NCBI GenBank assembly: GCA_977030845.1
Contig: OZ365115.1
Coordinates: 8,804,001 to 8,868,000, forward strand
Reading direction: 5' to 3'
Source of the DNA: Fimbriosthenelais zetlandica
Lineage: Eukaryota
Length of the DNA stretch: 64,000 bases
Each line of letters begins with the position of its first letter. Position 1 is the first letter of the stretch. This document shows positions 50,004-62,198 of this stretch, piece by piece. A program made the position numbers and the translations under genes. The notes beneath the pieces were generated by a model, which was not told the DNA's origin, did no database searches, and was given only the letters and a program-made list of their open reading frames with translations.

Positions 50004-50072
50004 CGACGTCACAATGACGTAGGTAGGGGAAGAGTGTCTGACGTAATGTTTAGGGCGTTCCCAAATTTATAA
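50004..50072 (+). promoter_or_regulatory. CRE cluster plus TATA: probable promoter of the neuropeptide-type gene
   Basis: cgacgtca (50004-50011), tgacgt (50015-50020), tgacgtaa (50039-50046) and tataa (50068-50072), followed by a gtatga donor at 50136. Confidence 0.5.
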
Positions 50073-51284
50073 CAGAATGTCAGGCCAAACAGATGTTCTT
50101 AGAGGCTGAACTCTCAAAACAATTTCTAAGCTTCGGTATGATCTTCCGATCCCATTGCAAAAAAATGGAATAGAGCAACTGAAAATCTGTTCCTTATTGT
50201 CTATTCCTTATATTTATCTGTTCCATAGTTTTTTCTAAGTTTTTGCCAAAATTTCGTGGAATGTGAGAGCTTGAACTGAGAGATTTTTGAAACCATTGTC
50301 CCTATTTATATACCATTGTTATGCCAGACTAACCACAGTATTTTTGCCAATAGGCAGATTGTTATTATAAAAAATAATTCGATGTTATGGCCAATACCAG
50401 TAGCTTGGAATATTCCCTAATATACATTTCATATCGGTACATTGTTTATACTTTTAAATAACATTATATCCTATAGTTTTTTACAACGAAAATGTTTCGT
50501 GAATGGATAGTCTAGGACAGATTTTACTTATTATTTATGATTGAGTTTAAAGTCACTCTTCATATTTCATATATCCATCATATCAAGGAGAACCTTTAGA
50601 GATCTTTAAGCCAGTCGTTTACAGCATCATATTATATGATTATGCAATCTATCATTTTTGACAACTCTTGTTCACTACACTGAGATTTTGAGTTCATATG
50701 CGGGCAAAAGGCATCCCGTTGAACCTGTTTCATATTAACTCCTACTGTTTTGAGACTATAAAGGCGCTAAATCTTGGGTATCCAAGAGGCACAGATTTTC
50801 AGAATATCCCGGTACATGTACATCCAAGTACACTGTTAAAAATAGAAAACCCATCCATTTACCCATATTGACACCCTGCCCTCCCTCCCTGCCCCTCTCC
50901 CTCCATCTCTCTCCCCCTCCCTCTCTATCCAAATCCCACCCTCTCCCACTCCCTCCCTCTCCCCCTGACTCTCCGCCAGTTCCCATGCCGACTATCTATC
51001 CAGTAAGGAAGTGCCCCCCTCCACTTCCCTCACACTTAGAAGGGATAGTCGTAGCCCATGGTGACTAGCTCTTTCATTATCGCCTAGTGTTCCATCCGAC
51101 ATGCTCCTACAGATTATATTTCCTAGAGACATCAGCTGACAACGATATAAGCTGGGAATATAATAGTTTTAAACCTACAGATTTATATTAGGACACGCGA
51201 GTTTTACACCGGGATATCTTTTGGCGTCCTCGGATTTTCTTGAGCAGAACTTTCTGGAATATAGTGAAATCATAACTTTTGAAG

Positions 51285-51372
51285 ATGGAGAAATTCTTCG
51301 TGGCAGGATTTTTATTTCTCGCATATGTGACATACACTGTGGATAGTCGGCCAGTGGTATCTGACTCTATAG
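51285..51372 (+). CDS. Precursor exon 1: signal peptide (MEKFFVAGFLFLAYVTYTVDS|RPVVSDSI)
   Basis: Hydrophobic core, strong Kozak context and strong donor; too short for the ORF track. Confidence 0.83.
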
Positions 51373-52832
51373 GTAAGTAGTTTTATTTTACCTTGACTCA
51401 GCAAATAGTAAGGGTGGGGAAAGTGTACTTGTATAATATTCCTTTCACTCACCCGACTTCATTCATAAACACGATCAGCTGGTCTACCGGCAGAACTGAC
51501 TCCAGCCTCAGCCAGCTGATAGTTCAGATAAACCATGCTGGAAAGTGGAATGTTCTCATACCACATTACCACAAACATCTAGTGAACCGATTAAACACTG
51601 GCCAAAATAATTTAAGGTATTATCTAATAATTGTTTAATGTGCAGTGGTAGAAAAATAATAGATACAATAACTAATTTCCATTATTTTTGCTACCTATAT
51701 TTTTGTTTTAAATAACTCAACTGGCAAGTACTTTCTATTTACTATCATTTTCACTGTCCAGAAATTCTAAAAGTTTAATGAAATATCCGACAGATTATGC
51801 TTTACTTTTGAAGGTTTAATTTCGTGTAAACTTTTCTATACATTTAACCCCATGGATATTTTGCTAAGTGATACCAGTATACAATGGCAGTTTCTAATCA
51901 TGACCTGGTAATCCTTTTATTGAGAAATTGGTTATTTAGAAAAATAAAGAGGGTAGGAATCAAATATAAGCCTAGAAAGTTATTCTGTCTGACTTTTGGC
52001 CGTTTGTCTGCTGTCTGCTCCCTGACTAAGATCCTGTAGGAGGCAAAGGCAAGGGTCTTGGCCCTCATATATGCAAATCTATGCAGATGAACAGGGAGCC
52101 CAGAGACAGGCAGCCTTCCAATGTGTTATTCCTATAATCTGTCTAACCACAAGCATTCCAACTGGTCGCAATTACATTATGTGGCGCGGCGCATGTACAT
52201 CCGTGCACCCTGAAAACCAATCAGTAATGAACTTACCAATGAGAATTAGGCCAATATTATAGTCGAGAACATATTAAATTATTTATACTATGTTAATTGG
52301 GCCTAGATATTTATTTTAAAAATATTATTTCACATAAAGAATTTATTAAACATCTTGTGGCAACAAAATTAGAATTAGTGCAAATCACAAGCCAAACGTG
52401 ATTTCTCTTTTGGTTTATCTTTAATGTTCTAAAAGTAATACAAATGTATATATATCCTTTAAGAGACTTTAGGCTATGTCTAAACTCCATCAGCAGCATT
52501 GCATAGTCTATTCAGAAACTTTTTATCACAGATTTAGCGATAGAAATGCAATAAAGCTTAAAGGCAGCACTATTCATAGAACGTCCTGATCTTTTCCAGA
52601 CAATCTAGGGCACGAGGTGGAAACAGAGAAGCTTATGGCCGTCATCAGACATGCGCTACGAGAACGACGAGGGCTACTTCCGGTTTTAGATGGCATTGTG
52701 AGGCGGGGGAGTGATGATGAAGAAGACGAGACTGTAGAAGAGCTTTCAATAGAAAGACAAGCCATTCACAGAAGAGATCGACTACAATCATTTGCAGATC
52801 GCGGTGGATGGGGAGGAGGTTACGGACGTTAA
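51285..52832 (+). CDS. Neuropeptide-type prohormone precursor, 106 aa, 2 coding exons; C-terminal amidated peptide DRLQSFADRGGWGGGY-NH2
   Basis: Exon 51285-51372 (aagATGG start, signal peptide, g|gtaagt) joins in phase 1 to exon 52600-52832 (cttttccag). The protein has RERR, RR and RR sites, an acidic spacer and a terminal Y-G-R-stop. Confidence 0.85.
52600..52832 (+). CDS. Precursor exon 2: cleavage sites, acidic spacer and amidated peptide
   Basis: Contains the 52617-52832 ORF; acceptor at 52598-52599. Confidence 0.85.
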
Positions 52833-55800
52833 TTTAAACCTTTCCATGCGGCAAGAGTTTCCACATACTATATGTCTCCCAAAGGTGGCAAGATTGTGAC
52901 ATTACTGCATAAAAGGCGGCACATTTTGACAGTTTTGGAATTTATTCTATTTTGAATAGAAATGAATATTTAAATTTAGAACTAACAAGTATTCATTACA
53001 AATATATTTCAACAAAATAATAGTCTAGCCGTAATCTCTTTTTTTGTTCAATTTTTGGATGGAAAATTTTATTGGGATCCAAATGTAATGATAAACCTGC
53101 AACATGTGTCTCAAAAACCTTAAGTTGGGGATGAAGTACCACCGAAATCAACAGGAAGAATCCACGATTAATCGATCTCAGAACAAGGGGCAATGGAAAG
53201 AATAAAAAACCTCGAATGTATATGGATTTTGACTGTATTCTCCCTATCCTAGGTCTTATCAAAATACCTTGAGGATTCCCTATGCGACGTAGGGACAAAG
53301 TGATTATTTTGAAGGGTACATAGATAGGCTTGGACCTAGTGAGGTGGTTTATTATTTTGTAGTAGATCAAAAAGGAAATATATTGTTAGAATTATCAGAG
53401 AGGATGGAGAGTCAAAGTGAAAACACATCCTCAAAATATGAATATTTTCATCAAATAACATTCCGAGAGGAGGAAGTTTATGTACGTTGAAAATACATTG
53501 AGAATAATATTAACTAATATCCAACATCTAAAGTGGTATAACAAGTAGAGGGAACTGTTTTATAATGAATATTAGCAATGCTATTGAATCGATAGCTAAT
53601 ATTCGTTTTGAAACAGGCTCCAGATCTCTTCCTGCATGAGCACTTTCTTATAGTTTCATTATTGCATATTCTTAAAGACAATGTACACTGTATGAAAAGA
53701 GCACCTAAAGACCTTGTTGTCCAGCATAATTGTGATCTTATAATGACAATCTCAAAAGATATGTGTACATGCTGAAGTATTCTGAAAAACGTGAATCTGA
53801 ATCTGAATCTCTTCTTGGTGTTTTTGATTGCGAAAGGATGGATTGAAACAGTTTGAACCACTTATAAGCTGAGGGTTCTTATAGGAGCCCTGGTGTGAAA
53901 GGGAATATGTTAAACTTTGTGATAATATATTTATTCCTATTTAAGAGTAACAGTTTGAAAGTATACTAGCGCTATTAATGTGTTATTGTAAAACTGCTGG
54001 TATTTATCTGTTAAAGTTTTACGCCAACGGACACGGATTTATATATAGATTTACTATATGTATGCGTATAATGTGCCTTGGCGGGCTTCACTGAGATGAA
54101 GATGGAACATTCTGTTTAGACAGTTGTAATTCTCATACTAGAAGGTGTCATTCCTCTAGATGGAAACATCTTATAAAAGATGCCATCTATGACAGGCAGA
54201 TGGTTTAATGCTATTATAACGGTAAAACAGGGTAGGTAAGACAGGGGTTGACATTATAACGACACCCCACTGCGACTATTCCACAGATTAAATAACTTAA
54301 AACTACTTCAAATAAACTAACTTCGTATCGGCAATTGTTCTTTATTTAATCTTTATTACTTATGAAAATAAAGTCCGGTCCGCATTTCCTTAGAAGGGCT
54401 TTTAATGGTATTATTTTGCATAAAAAATTATGTCTTGTTTATATAATATATAATATAGAAACATCGCAATCCAACACGATTTAGAATCAAATTAATATCA
54501 AAATGGCATTTCCATTATACTATGGATGTTTAAATAACAAGGTATTACATAAATCCTAAAGTCATATCAGTCTGGAATGATATTGCAATTTATTATCCGC
54601 TTCCAGGTTTCGTAGTTGTACTTAGCCCTGTGACATCCGTACTTGACAGCCATATCCTTGACCTCTAATTGCACTTATGACAATCAACCCTCGAACTACC
54701 TGGTTGTTTCATTCCCGAGCAATCCTATAGATTTGTCAATCCCACCTTATACCCTGTAGACACCGGTAAACGTCGAGGCCAAAGTCCCAAGTTCCAAGGT
54801 TAAAATGATCAGTCCCACATTTATCGTCATGATAGACTGAATTGTCAACAGACACCAAGTGGGCCAGGTCAATATTGATAAAGTGGATTAAGCTTGCACA
54901 TTGACAGACAGAGGTAGACTTACAATTGTATAGGGTTCCAAGAATTTTGGGGTTAAATGTTGGGCATTGACATTCAATGGCATGCCTTGCGCTGGTTAAA
55001 CTAAAAGAGGGATTTTAATTTATTCGCCTTTTTTCTTCCTGATACTAGATACGATCAAATTTAAAGGGAGTTCCTGACAATCATTCTCGATGATAAATAT
55101 GATAATTATACCACAACAATGCAATTAAGATAAATTTACAATAATACATAGGGATGGTTTATGATTTATACTTTTTCCATATAGGGGATGTCCATAAATA
55201 TTTTTTCCTGCGCACCTGCAGAAAGGTGCAGAAATTTGCATGGACACCTGCAGTTGATAACATCTATATTATAGGTCCAAATAATGTAATACTGCTAATG
55301 ATATTATGTTCATTAAGAACATACTCCATGGTTATAATTATACACTCACCCCTTGTCTGATTTCAACCCATGGAATGTACCGGACACACCCTTTATCTCC
55401 AACTGGAAACGAACAACCAATCAAATTGAATTTCATGTAGAGAAACACGTAGTATCCAGAAGAACACGCGACACCGTGTTTATCATGATATTTGGGGCAA
55501 ATGTTTCAAATGTTTCAGTCTTATTTTAGCCTCATTTAGCAAGTAAGCAACTGTTACAGCCCATTGATGATAGGTTAATTGCGATAAAGTTTGCTTTTAC
55601 TCTTCCTTCCTTAAAATGTGAACAATACGTTTCCCAACTCATGACCAATCGTCCCAATGCATGCACACCTCGAACACACACCAACATCATGAAGTGGAAG
55701 AAGGGGATATGCATTTTCATTCTCCAATATGAACAAAATTAATGATTAAAAATCTTCTATAAACATCTGACAGCCAATTATTCATAACTAGCTTTATAAT

Positions 55801-57559
55801 TAATGGCCATAGCATGTTATTGAAATTTCATACTTTGTTTTGATCCAGGCGCACGAGATCGTGACTCGAATTGCTACAAACACATACATACTTCATATTC
55901 CTCACGATTTTCAAACCACTCGCAACGAAACAACAAAATATTTTTGATGGTTTACGCGAGCATAGGCAGAGAAGACATTTCACACAAAAAATATTTAATC
56001 TAGCATGGGCATAGAAGTCATTTAGGCCCTACAAGATTTACAGTAGCGTCAGTAGAGATATATAGAATACATAGAGAAAAGAATTTAATATGCCCTGTTC
56101 ACCTATTAGAAATAGACTTTGAAATACTTGAAATTAATACGCATTGATCACCAGAGGTGAAAAGTGGAAATTGTCTGTAATATACACTTGGTGGCAGCAC
56201 TGACCCATTCTCGTAATGGTACCCAACTGCATGCTCGCTTATATCCCCTCCATCGTCTGTATCCTCAATACTTGTTCTTCTAATCTCGTGGAATCTTATG
56301 GATTTCTAAAAAAAAATATTTTGAGATTTTGAGTATAGAATCACACATCCAATGAAACCATAGAACTAGAGCTATGATCAAACCAGAGAGAGTTGTAGTC
56401 TCTCTGATCAAACCAATCATACAAGGAACTGTCTCGTCCTCTGGAGGCGCTTGATAACACTACATTTTTCATTTCCATCCAACAGAGGGCGTATCTGATG
56501 CAGGTTTACCCTGTCCGAGTAGACAGGTTTAACTATTACGTGTAATAGTAATAATAAGATGAATGAACGAATGTAATATAGTCTCTGTTATTTAATCAGG
56601 GGAATGACTGATAAACCCTCCCTAATTATCAGGCTATTGTTGTAGTATATGAGAGGCCTAAGTAAGTGCTAGGAACAGGTCCCCCACGCACCCTCCCTCC
56701 GCCCACTATACTGTGGTCGTCACCAGGTGAATATTTATAAACCAACACCCTCCTACCTCCTGGGAAGACAGTGGTGTCTGTCACACCTGCCCATCACCAC
56801 TTCCGGTGCACTGCCACCTTGTTGATTACATCTAAAAGTCAAATTGCTAAAAGTGCAAGCGAAACGGAATTCTTCTAGGGTGTGGCCACACCACCTTGCT
56901 CTACCTATACCTGGAGGGCGGGGAGAAGAGTCAATATGTTGCTTTACGTAGGGAGAAAATGAAGCGAAGAATACAATTAACGCCCAGGTGAAAATCTAGG
57001 TCCTCACGGTTCAGCCATTTTCTTGAAAATTTCCTTTTAGTATAGTGATTCTATTAATTCTGCCCTCCCCAATCACCACCAAGCAATCCTGTCTCCCATA
57101 CACTCGCCCACCTGCCCCACCCCCACCCCGACCACACCTTGGACAAGGTTCTCATCCTGAAATAGTGTTACGTACATTATGTATAGATGGTCGAATGCCA
57201 TGTCAGAATACAGCTTTGCATGTGAAGTTTGAATTTTCGAAATGACAGACGTTGGGGAGCGAAGAGAAAATGACATCAGTGAAAAAGGTTTTATTGTCAA
57301 TTAAGTACCGGAGAAAGTAAAAGAACTATCAGGGTCATTCCACGAGCAGAAAAAAGTTAATGGGGAATTGGTTTTACACTCGTTTAATGGGGAATTAACT
57401 ATTTAGTCTGTCTGTAATATGCGAGCAGAGCACACGTATATAAGGTGTACAGTGGGGAAAGAAGGTACACATGAAATATAGACAGGAGGAAGTCCCTGGG
57501 CCATCCATCAAGTCATCCTGACTTCACATGCTCCACCGGAAATGGTCCTAACTGCTGAT

Positions 57560-57573
57560 GTTACCATGGTGAC
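57560..57573. promoter_or_regulatory. X-box-like near-palindrome (GTTACCATGGTGAC)
   Basis: One mismatch to GTTNCCATGGNAAC; no target gene identified. Confidence 0.4.
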
Positions 57574-58784
57574 ATTTGGCACCAGCCTTATTTCCCATGA
57601 TTCCTCTGTAGACTTTTCAGCATGAAGAGAACAATTATACTTTCTACCTGAGCCCATGTAGAAGACTCCGAAAGAACCAGAAAAACTAAACCACATGTAA
57701 AAAAGGGAACAGCTATCCCATGGCCTTGCTATGCCATAAGCCATTGATCATGAAACAGGAGTTGTATAGGATCAAAAAACCACCGCCAATTTTCAATCTA
57801 GTTTGAGATCTCATCCTAGTTTTGGAGCACATGGGCACTCTATATCGTCCTAGGCCCAAAACACCTTCACATGATTTCATCCTAAGTAAGTAGTCAGGCA
57901 TAAAAACACCCAAATTTAGCCTAACCTGAATGTAGCTGATATAGTTTTTTTTAAGAGAGGGCTTCACTTTTGGAAAAATTATACGATCTAATCAAATAAA
58001 TGTGTTGCAAATTGAATTCTTATCCATCGAATTCACAGATTCATTACATGAGATCACTGTTCAATGTTCCATTTTCATTCAGTGTTACAATGGCTAAAAT
58101 GTGACAGAACTAGTATTTCACATCATTTTCCCACCATGATTTCTGGCTCTCGGATTTAGTGAACATCAGTAATTACTTTGGGGAGGGACAGAACATGAAT
58201 TGACACTTTTCAGAGTGAGGAAGCGAAGTGTCATTAGTGCCAATTTTTCAGAGAAGCTTAGGTAACAGTTGAAATGAATACGAGAAACCAGGAGTAAGTA
58301 GGCATATTTCTTTTAGAAACCATATATATCTATTTTTTACCGGACTGCCGCATAGATTCTAAGGAAATCTTAGTAAATTTAAAACTACCTTACTTATATT
58401 TGTATTCATGGATTTGATGTTGAAAATAACTTTTCTATATATATACTGGACGTCAGTTTACCTATATGATGCATAAAGCCATAGTTACTGCGTCATTGCT
58501 GTTCTTCTAATTGAAGCACACATTCCCTGCGACACCGGAAGGGAATAAAAGATGGCCACGAAGTGCCTGGATCTGAATATGGCTGTGACTGGGTCCTTTT
58601 ACTTATCCAGACAATGAAATTAAACATAGTCTCTAATGTACGAAATTCTTGTGTGGCGCACTTTGGGTACAGAATTGGACTGAAATATAAATATTATATA
58701 ATGGTAGTTCATCAAGCTAATATTTGCAATATAGTTTCTCCAAATCTTCAAGGACAGCTACCTGATTGTTCCTATGATTTGCTC

Positions 58785-59060
58785 CATTTTCAAAGGCCAT
58801 CTATGGCCTCATTCCTGATGAATATAATCTATTATGTCAAACCTTTTTTTCTCTTTTAAATTTATTCCCTTTTGGAAACCAAATAATAGGGACAAGGGTT
58901 TCCATTCACCCAATATTGATTACAAATCCCTGGCTCAATGTGGGTATACGTCAACCACGACAGTGTTTTTTCTCAATAATAGGGTGTGGCGGTCTGCTCT
59001 AAAAGACATCAAAGACTGCATAGGAAGAATACTTGACTTAACAAGTGCATCAAGATTTCA
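58785..59060 (+). mobile_element. Decayed 3' fragment of a LINE (CR1/L2-like) ORF2
   Basis: Frameshifted peptides FSKAIYGLIPDEY, GTR..H and FFLNNRVWRSALKDIK resemble the YKI..GL.P / TRGH / FF.R...WN.LP..I tail of these elements. Confidence 0.35.
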
Positions 59061-61748
59061 ATGGACAAGACCTTTTATACAAGAGATTAAACTCTTTGCT
59101 TTGTATATATATTCAACGTTCATTCCAAAGATGTCACCCTTTTTTCAGGATAGTCAGTAGCCATTTTACATATTATGGAGGCCAATAGTTTGCGAACCAC
59201 GACAAAAATCTGAAAATTGACTAATCCAAAATTTCCTAAAATGAATTCTCATATATCCCATACTAAGAAAGTACCAAACCTAGTTCTGTCACGAATTGCT
59301 AGATCGGTTTATGAAATTAAAATGGGAGTCGATAGAGATGATGTTTTGAAAGGTTCAGGTTAAATAATTCCATTATTTTTTTTGATAACTCAGAAGGAAA
59401 CAGAACTGGGATAAAAATTTAAAAAATGTCTGGATATTGATGACTGGATATTAGCCTATTTCAACAGGTTGGAACCGTGGTTAATTGAATTTTAATGTTC
59501 CGTATGAACCCAGTGAATCTGTCTTTGATCTTGGTTGAGCTCCAAGGATTCATGCACCTGCTTGATATAATACAATTGAAACGAAGCTTTCCTCAGTCAG
59601 GGAGGTCGCTGTGAAGAGCGGTACAGTCCTGTCACTCACTCAGGTCTCTATTAATACCCCACAAAATCCTACTGTAACTGCTGACAACAGAGAAATGAGT
59701 TCAGCACACAGCATAAATGAATAGGATCATACTATATTAATTATTTATTCACATTTACATTTGGGCCTACGTAGGATTGACACTTAATCCAAGTTAAAAT
59801 CACCATTAACTATTATAGTGGCATGGAGGTTAAATGCATGCATTTAACAAAACAGAACATAAAGGAAATTAGCATGGAATGAATGGCTGTGAATGATACA
59901 TCTGCTTCGATCTTGAAAGAAAGATGCTTTGTATAATAACCAAGATAATAATTAGATTATTTCATGTCTTGGAAATTCCTTGAGCATATGTAGCCTTCCA
60001 CTCCATAGGTCTAAACCTACCCACTAATAACTCATGAGAAAAAAGGTATGACTGAATCATAATGTAAACCATCCAATCTATCTTCAGCTCCCATGCTCTC
60101 AGTTGCCAGATCTCATTTGAACACAGAACCTTTGAACAATGAAAGTGGATCCTATATTAAAGTACATTTTTATACATATCAATCATCGTCCGACATTATA
60201 AGCTTTTGTTTATAGTTAACTTCAATTGCCTTTTATATCATAATTATAGCTTGTGGTACGTTAGATGAATTCAAGACTCAATTCAATGGAATAGATCTGT
60301 ACTTTAATCTATCCCCTAGTTAGATAGATCTCTTTCCATCCTTCTATAGTGTATGGTTCACCCATTTATCTTGAGTTAGATGAAGACTATAGACCTATCT
60401 ATACACTGCAAATATGGTGTATCCACCCGCAAACGTTTCTGTTTGTTTGTAGCTGCTTCCCTTCATGGCAACATCTATAGATTTATGTCAACACAATGAT
60501 ATCAAACTGACATGACTGTCATTTACCATTACACAGCATATCTTATGCAGTCAAGTTCTTTAAGGCAGGGAGCTTGGTTGTAAGAAATTTTTTTATTTTT
60601 TCGAGAATATTCTCTCTCATTTTTTGATAATTTCCTTCTCGAGTCGTAAGATCGGAGGAAGCAACCCTGTTTATATTGACTATTTTTATCGACCCCTCCA
60701 GTCATCATGAATCCCAGTGGTACACTAGGGTGAAATAAGACATCTCCTCGTTTCTTTTCATGAAATGAATTATTCCTTAACTGCACATGAGCCACCTTTG
60801 CTCCGAACCAAACACGGGCAAACTCCTTCACGCGTAGACGGCACTTTAAATGTGGCACTTAACCATGTGTCGATGAAGAATGACACTGGTATAGAGTGTC
60901 CTCTGTTATCTAGCCTAATTTGATTTTAAGCAAATTACAGGATAAAATCTGTGCGGGCACATTTGTGCCCGCATTGCAGACCTGTTTGTAGTAATTTGTC
61001 CGTTAATTCTCACTTCATTAAATCTTAAGGGGAAGCAGCTGGGACCGCCTCGACCTTGTCTCACCGGACCTGGGCACAGAGCCAATGCTTTGTATGCTGC
61101 TTCATAATCATTGGAAGTGTGTCATCTTCTCATAATGAAAGACATTCTCATGGGTCATTAGCAGCAGTAACAGATTAATACTCGGAGACTGGGAGAATTG
61201 GTGAGATCTATGGGCTGTCAGAGGGGGAAGACAGTTCCGTCAGTTAGCGCGCAAATAAACCCACATACACCATCTATTCATAGACAAATAACTTACTTTG
61301 ATAAAGCAATTGGTTTATAAAAGTTGAAGGATGGAATATTAAAGATTCGTGTTTTCCATTCACACCCACTATACGCTTGGTTATTCTCCTTCATAGGACT
61401 ATACTATGCCGAGCCTGAAATTAAAAATTTAAACAAGGAAACTTCTGATGAGGCATGCACCAATGATGAGAATGATTTGTTAAACAAAAGAAGTAACTTA
61501 AAGTAACGATTCTTTCATGTCTTCCCTGTAGAGCTCCAATAACTTCCTTTTCTCTGTGAAGTCATTTCAATCTGAGAGAAAGTTTTCGGTGTTGAAGCCA
61601 TGTCCTTGGTAACTCCCGTAAGGCTTAAATTTCCCTTTAATACCAGGCATACAGAACCATTACCTATACATTATATTATAATCTCTGGCCCGAAATCAAT
61701 CCTGGTTAATTAACACGCCGAATTGGCACGTTATGATTTTGTACCTTG

Positions 61749-61763
61749 CACTTCCGCTTCCGG
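61749..61763. promoter_or_regulatory. Tandem ETS/GABP motif (cacttccgcttccgg)
   Basis: Two adjacent CTTCCG cores in a CpG-containing block; promoter-like. Confidence 0.4.
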
Positions 61764-61998
61764 CTGTGAGCAGCGCCACCGTGTTACCTTTGACGTTTGG
61801 CTGAATGGCCGGCACATTTACACTTCTCTCCCCATTTAATATGAAACTCGATCATGGGAGCGACAATACAAAATACTTATTATTATAAGGTGATAATGGA
61901 CTATTGTAAGGCTATGCAGCCTATCATTAGCAGCCAAGTCCATATTAATAAAGCAAATGTATGTACAATATCAATAAGCACTTATATGAATCACTGAT

Positions 61999-62198
61999 CA
62001 TGGGCGGGTTCAGGATTTTGTAAGGGTAGGGCGAAAAAAGGTCAGCCTAGTGAAAATGGGTCGGGTCAAGCCTTGGTCCAGAACATTATTATTTGAACGA
62101 CAAAAAAATCTATCCCTGAAAGGAGGGGGTTCGCATGGTTAGGCCTATTCTCCTTCATATACTCTGCCGACCTGCTGGACCCCCTGGATCAGCCCCTG
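61999..62198. mobile_element. ~200-bp MITE-like element with degenerate GGGCGGATCCAGG-type ends
   Basis: catgggcgggttcagg at the left end and cctggatcagcccctg at the right end are imperfect inverted repeats. Confidence 0.5.

Noticed and set aside
52770-52832. Naming the peptide CCK/sulfakinin, GnRH or RGWamide
   Set aside because: It lacks the DY sulfation motif, the position directly after the signal peptide, and the tandem copies respectively.
52996-53861. 124-aa and 115-aa minus ORFs
   Set aside because: No domain signature or splice support; probably decayed repeat DNA.
57621-57690. HEENNYTFYLSPCR as exon 2 of the 42750 gene (MRH-domain-like)
   Set aside because: In-frame stop before any good donor, no signal peptide, and 15 kb away across two genes.
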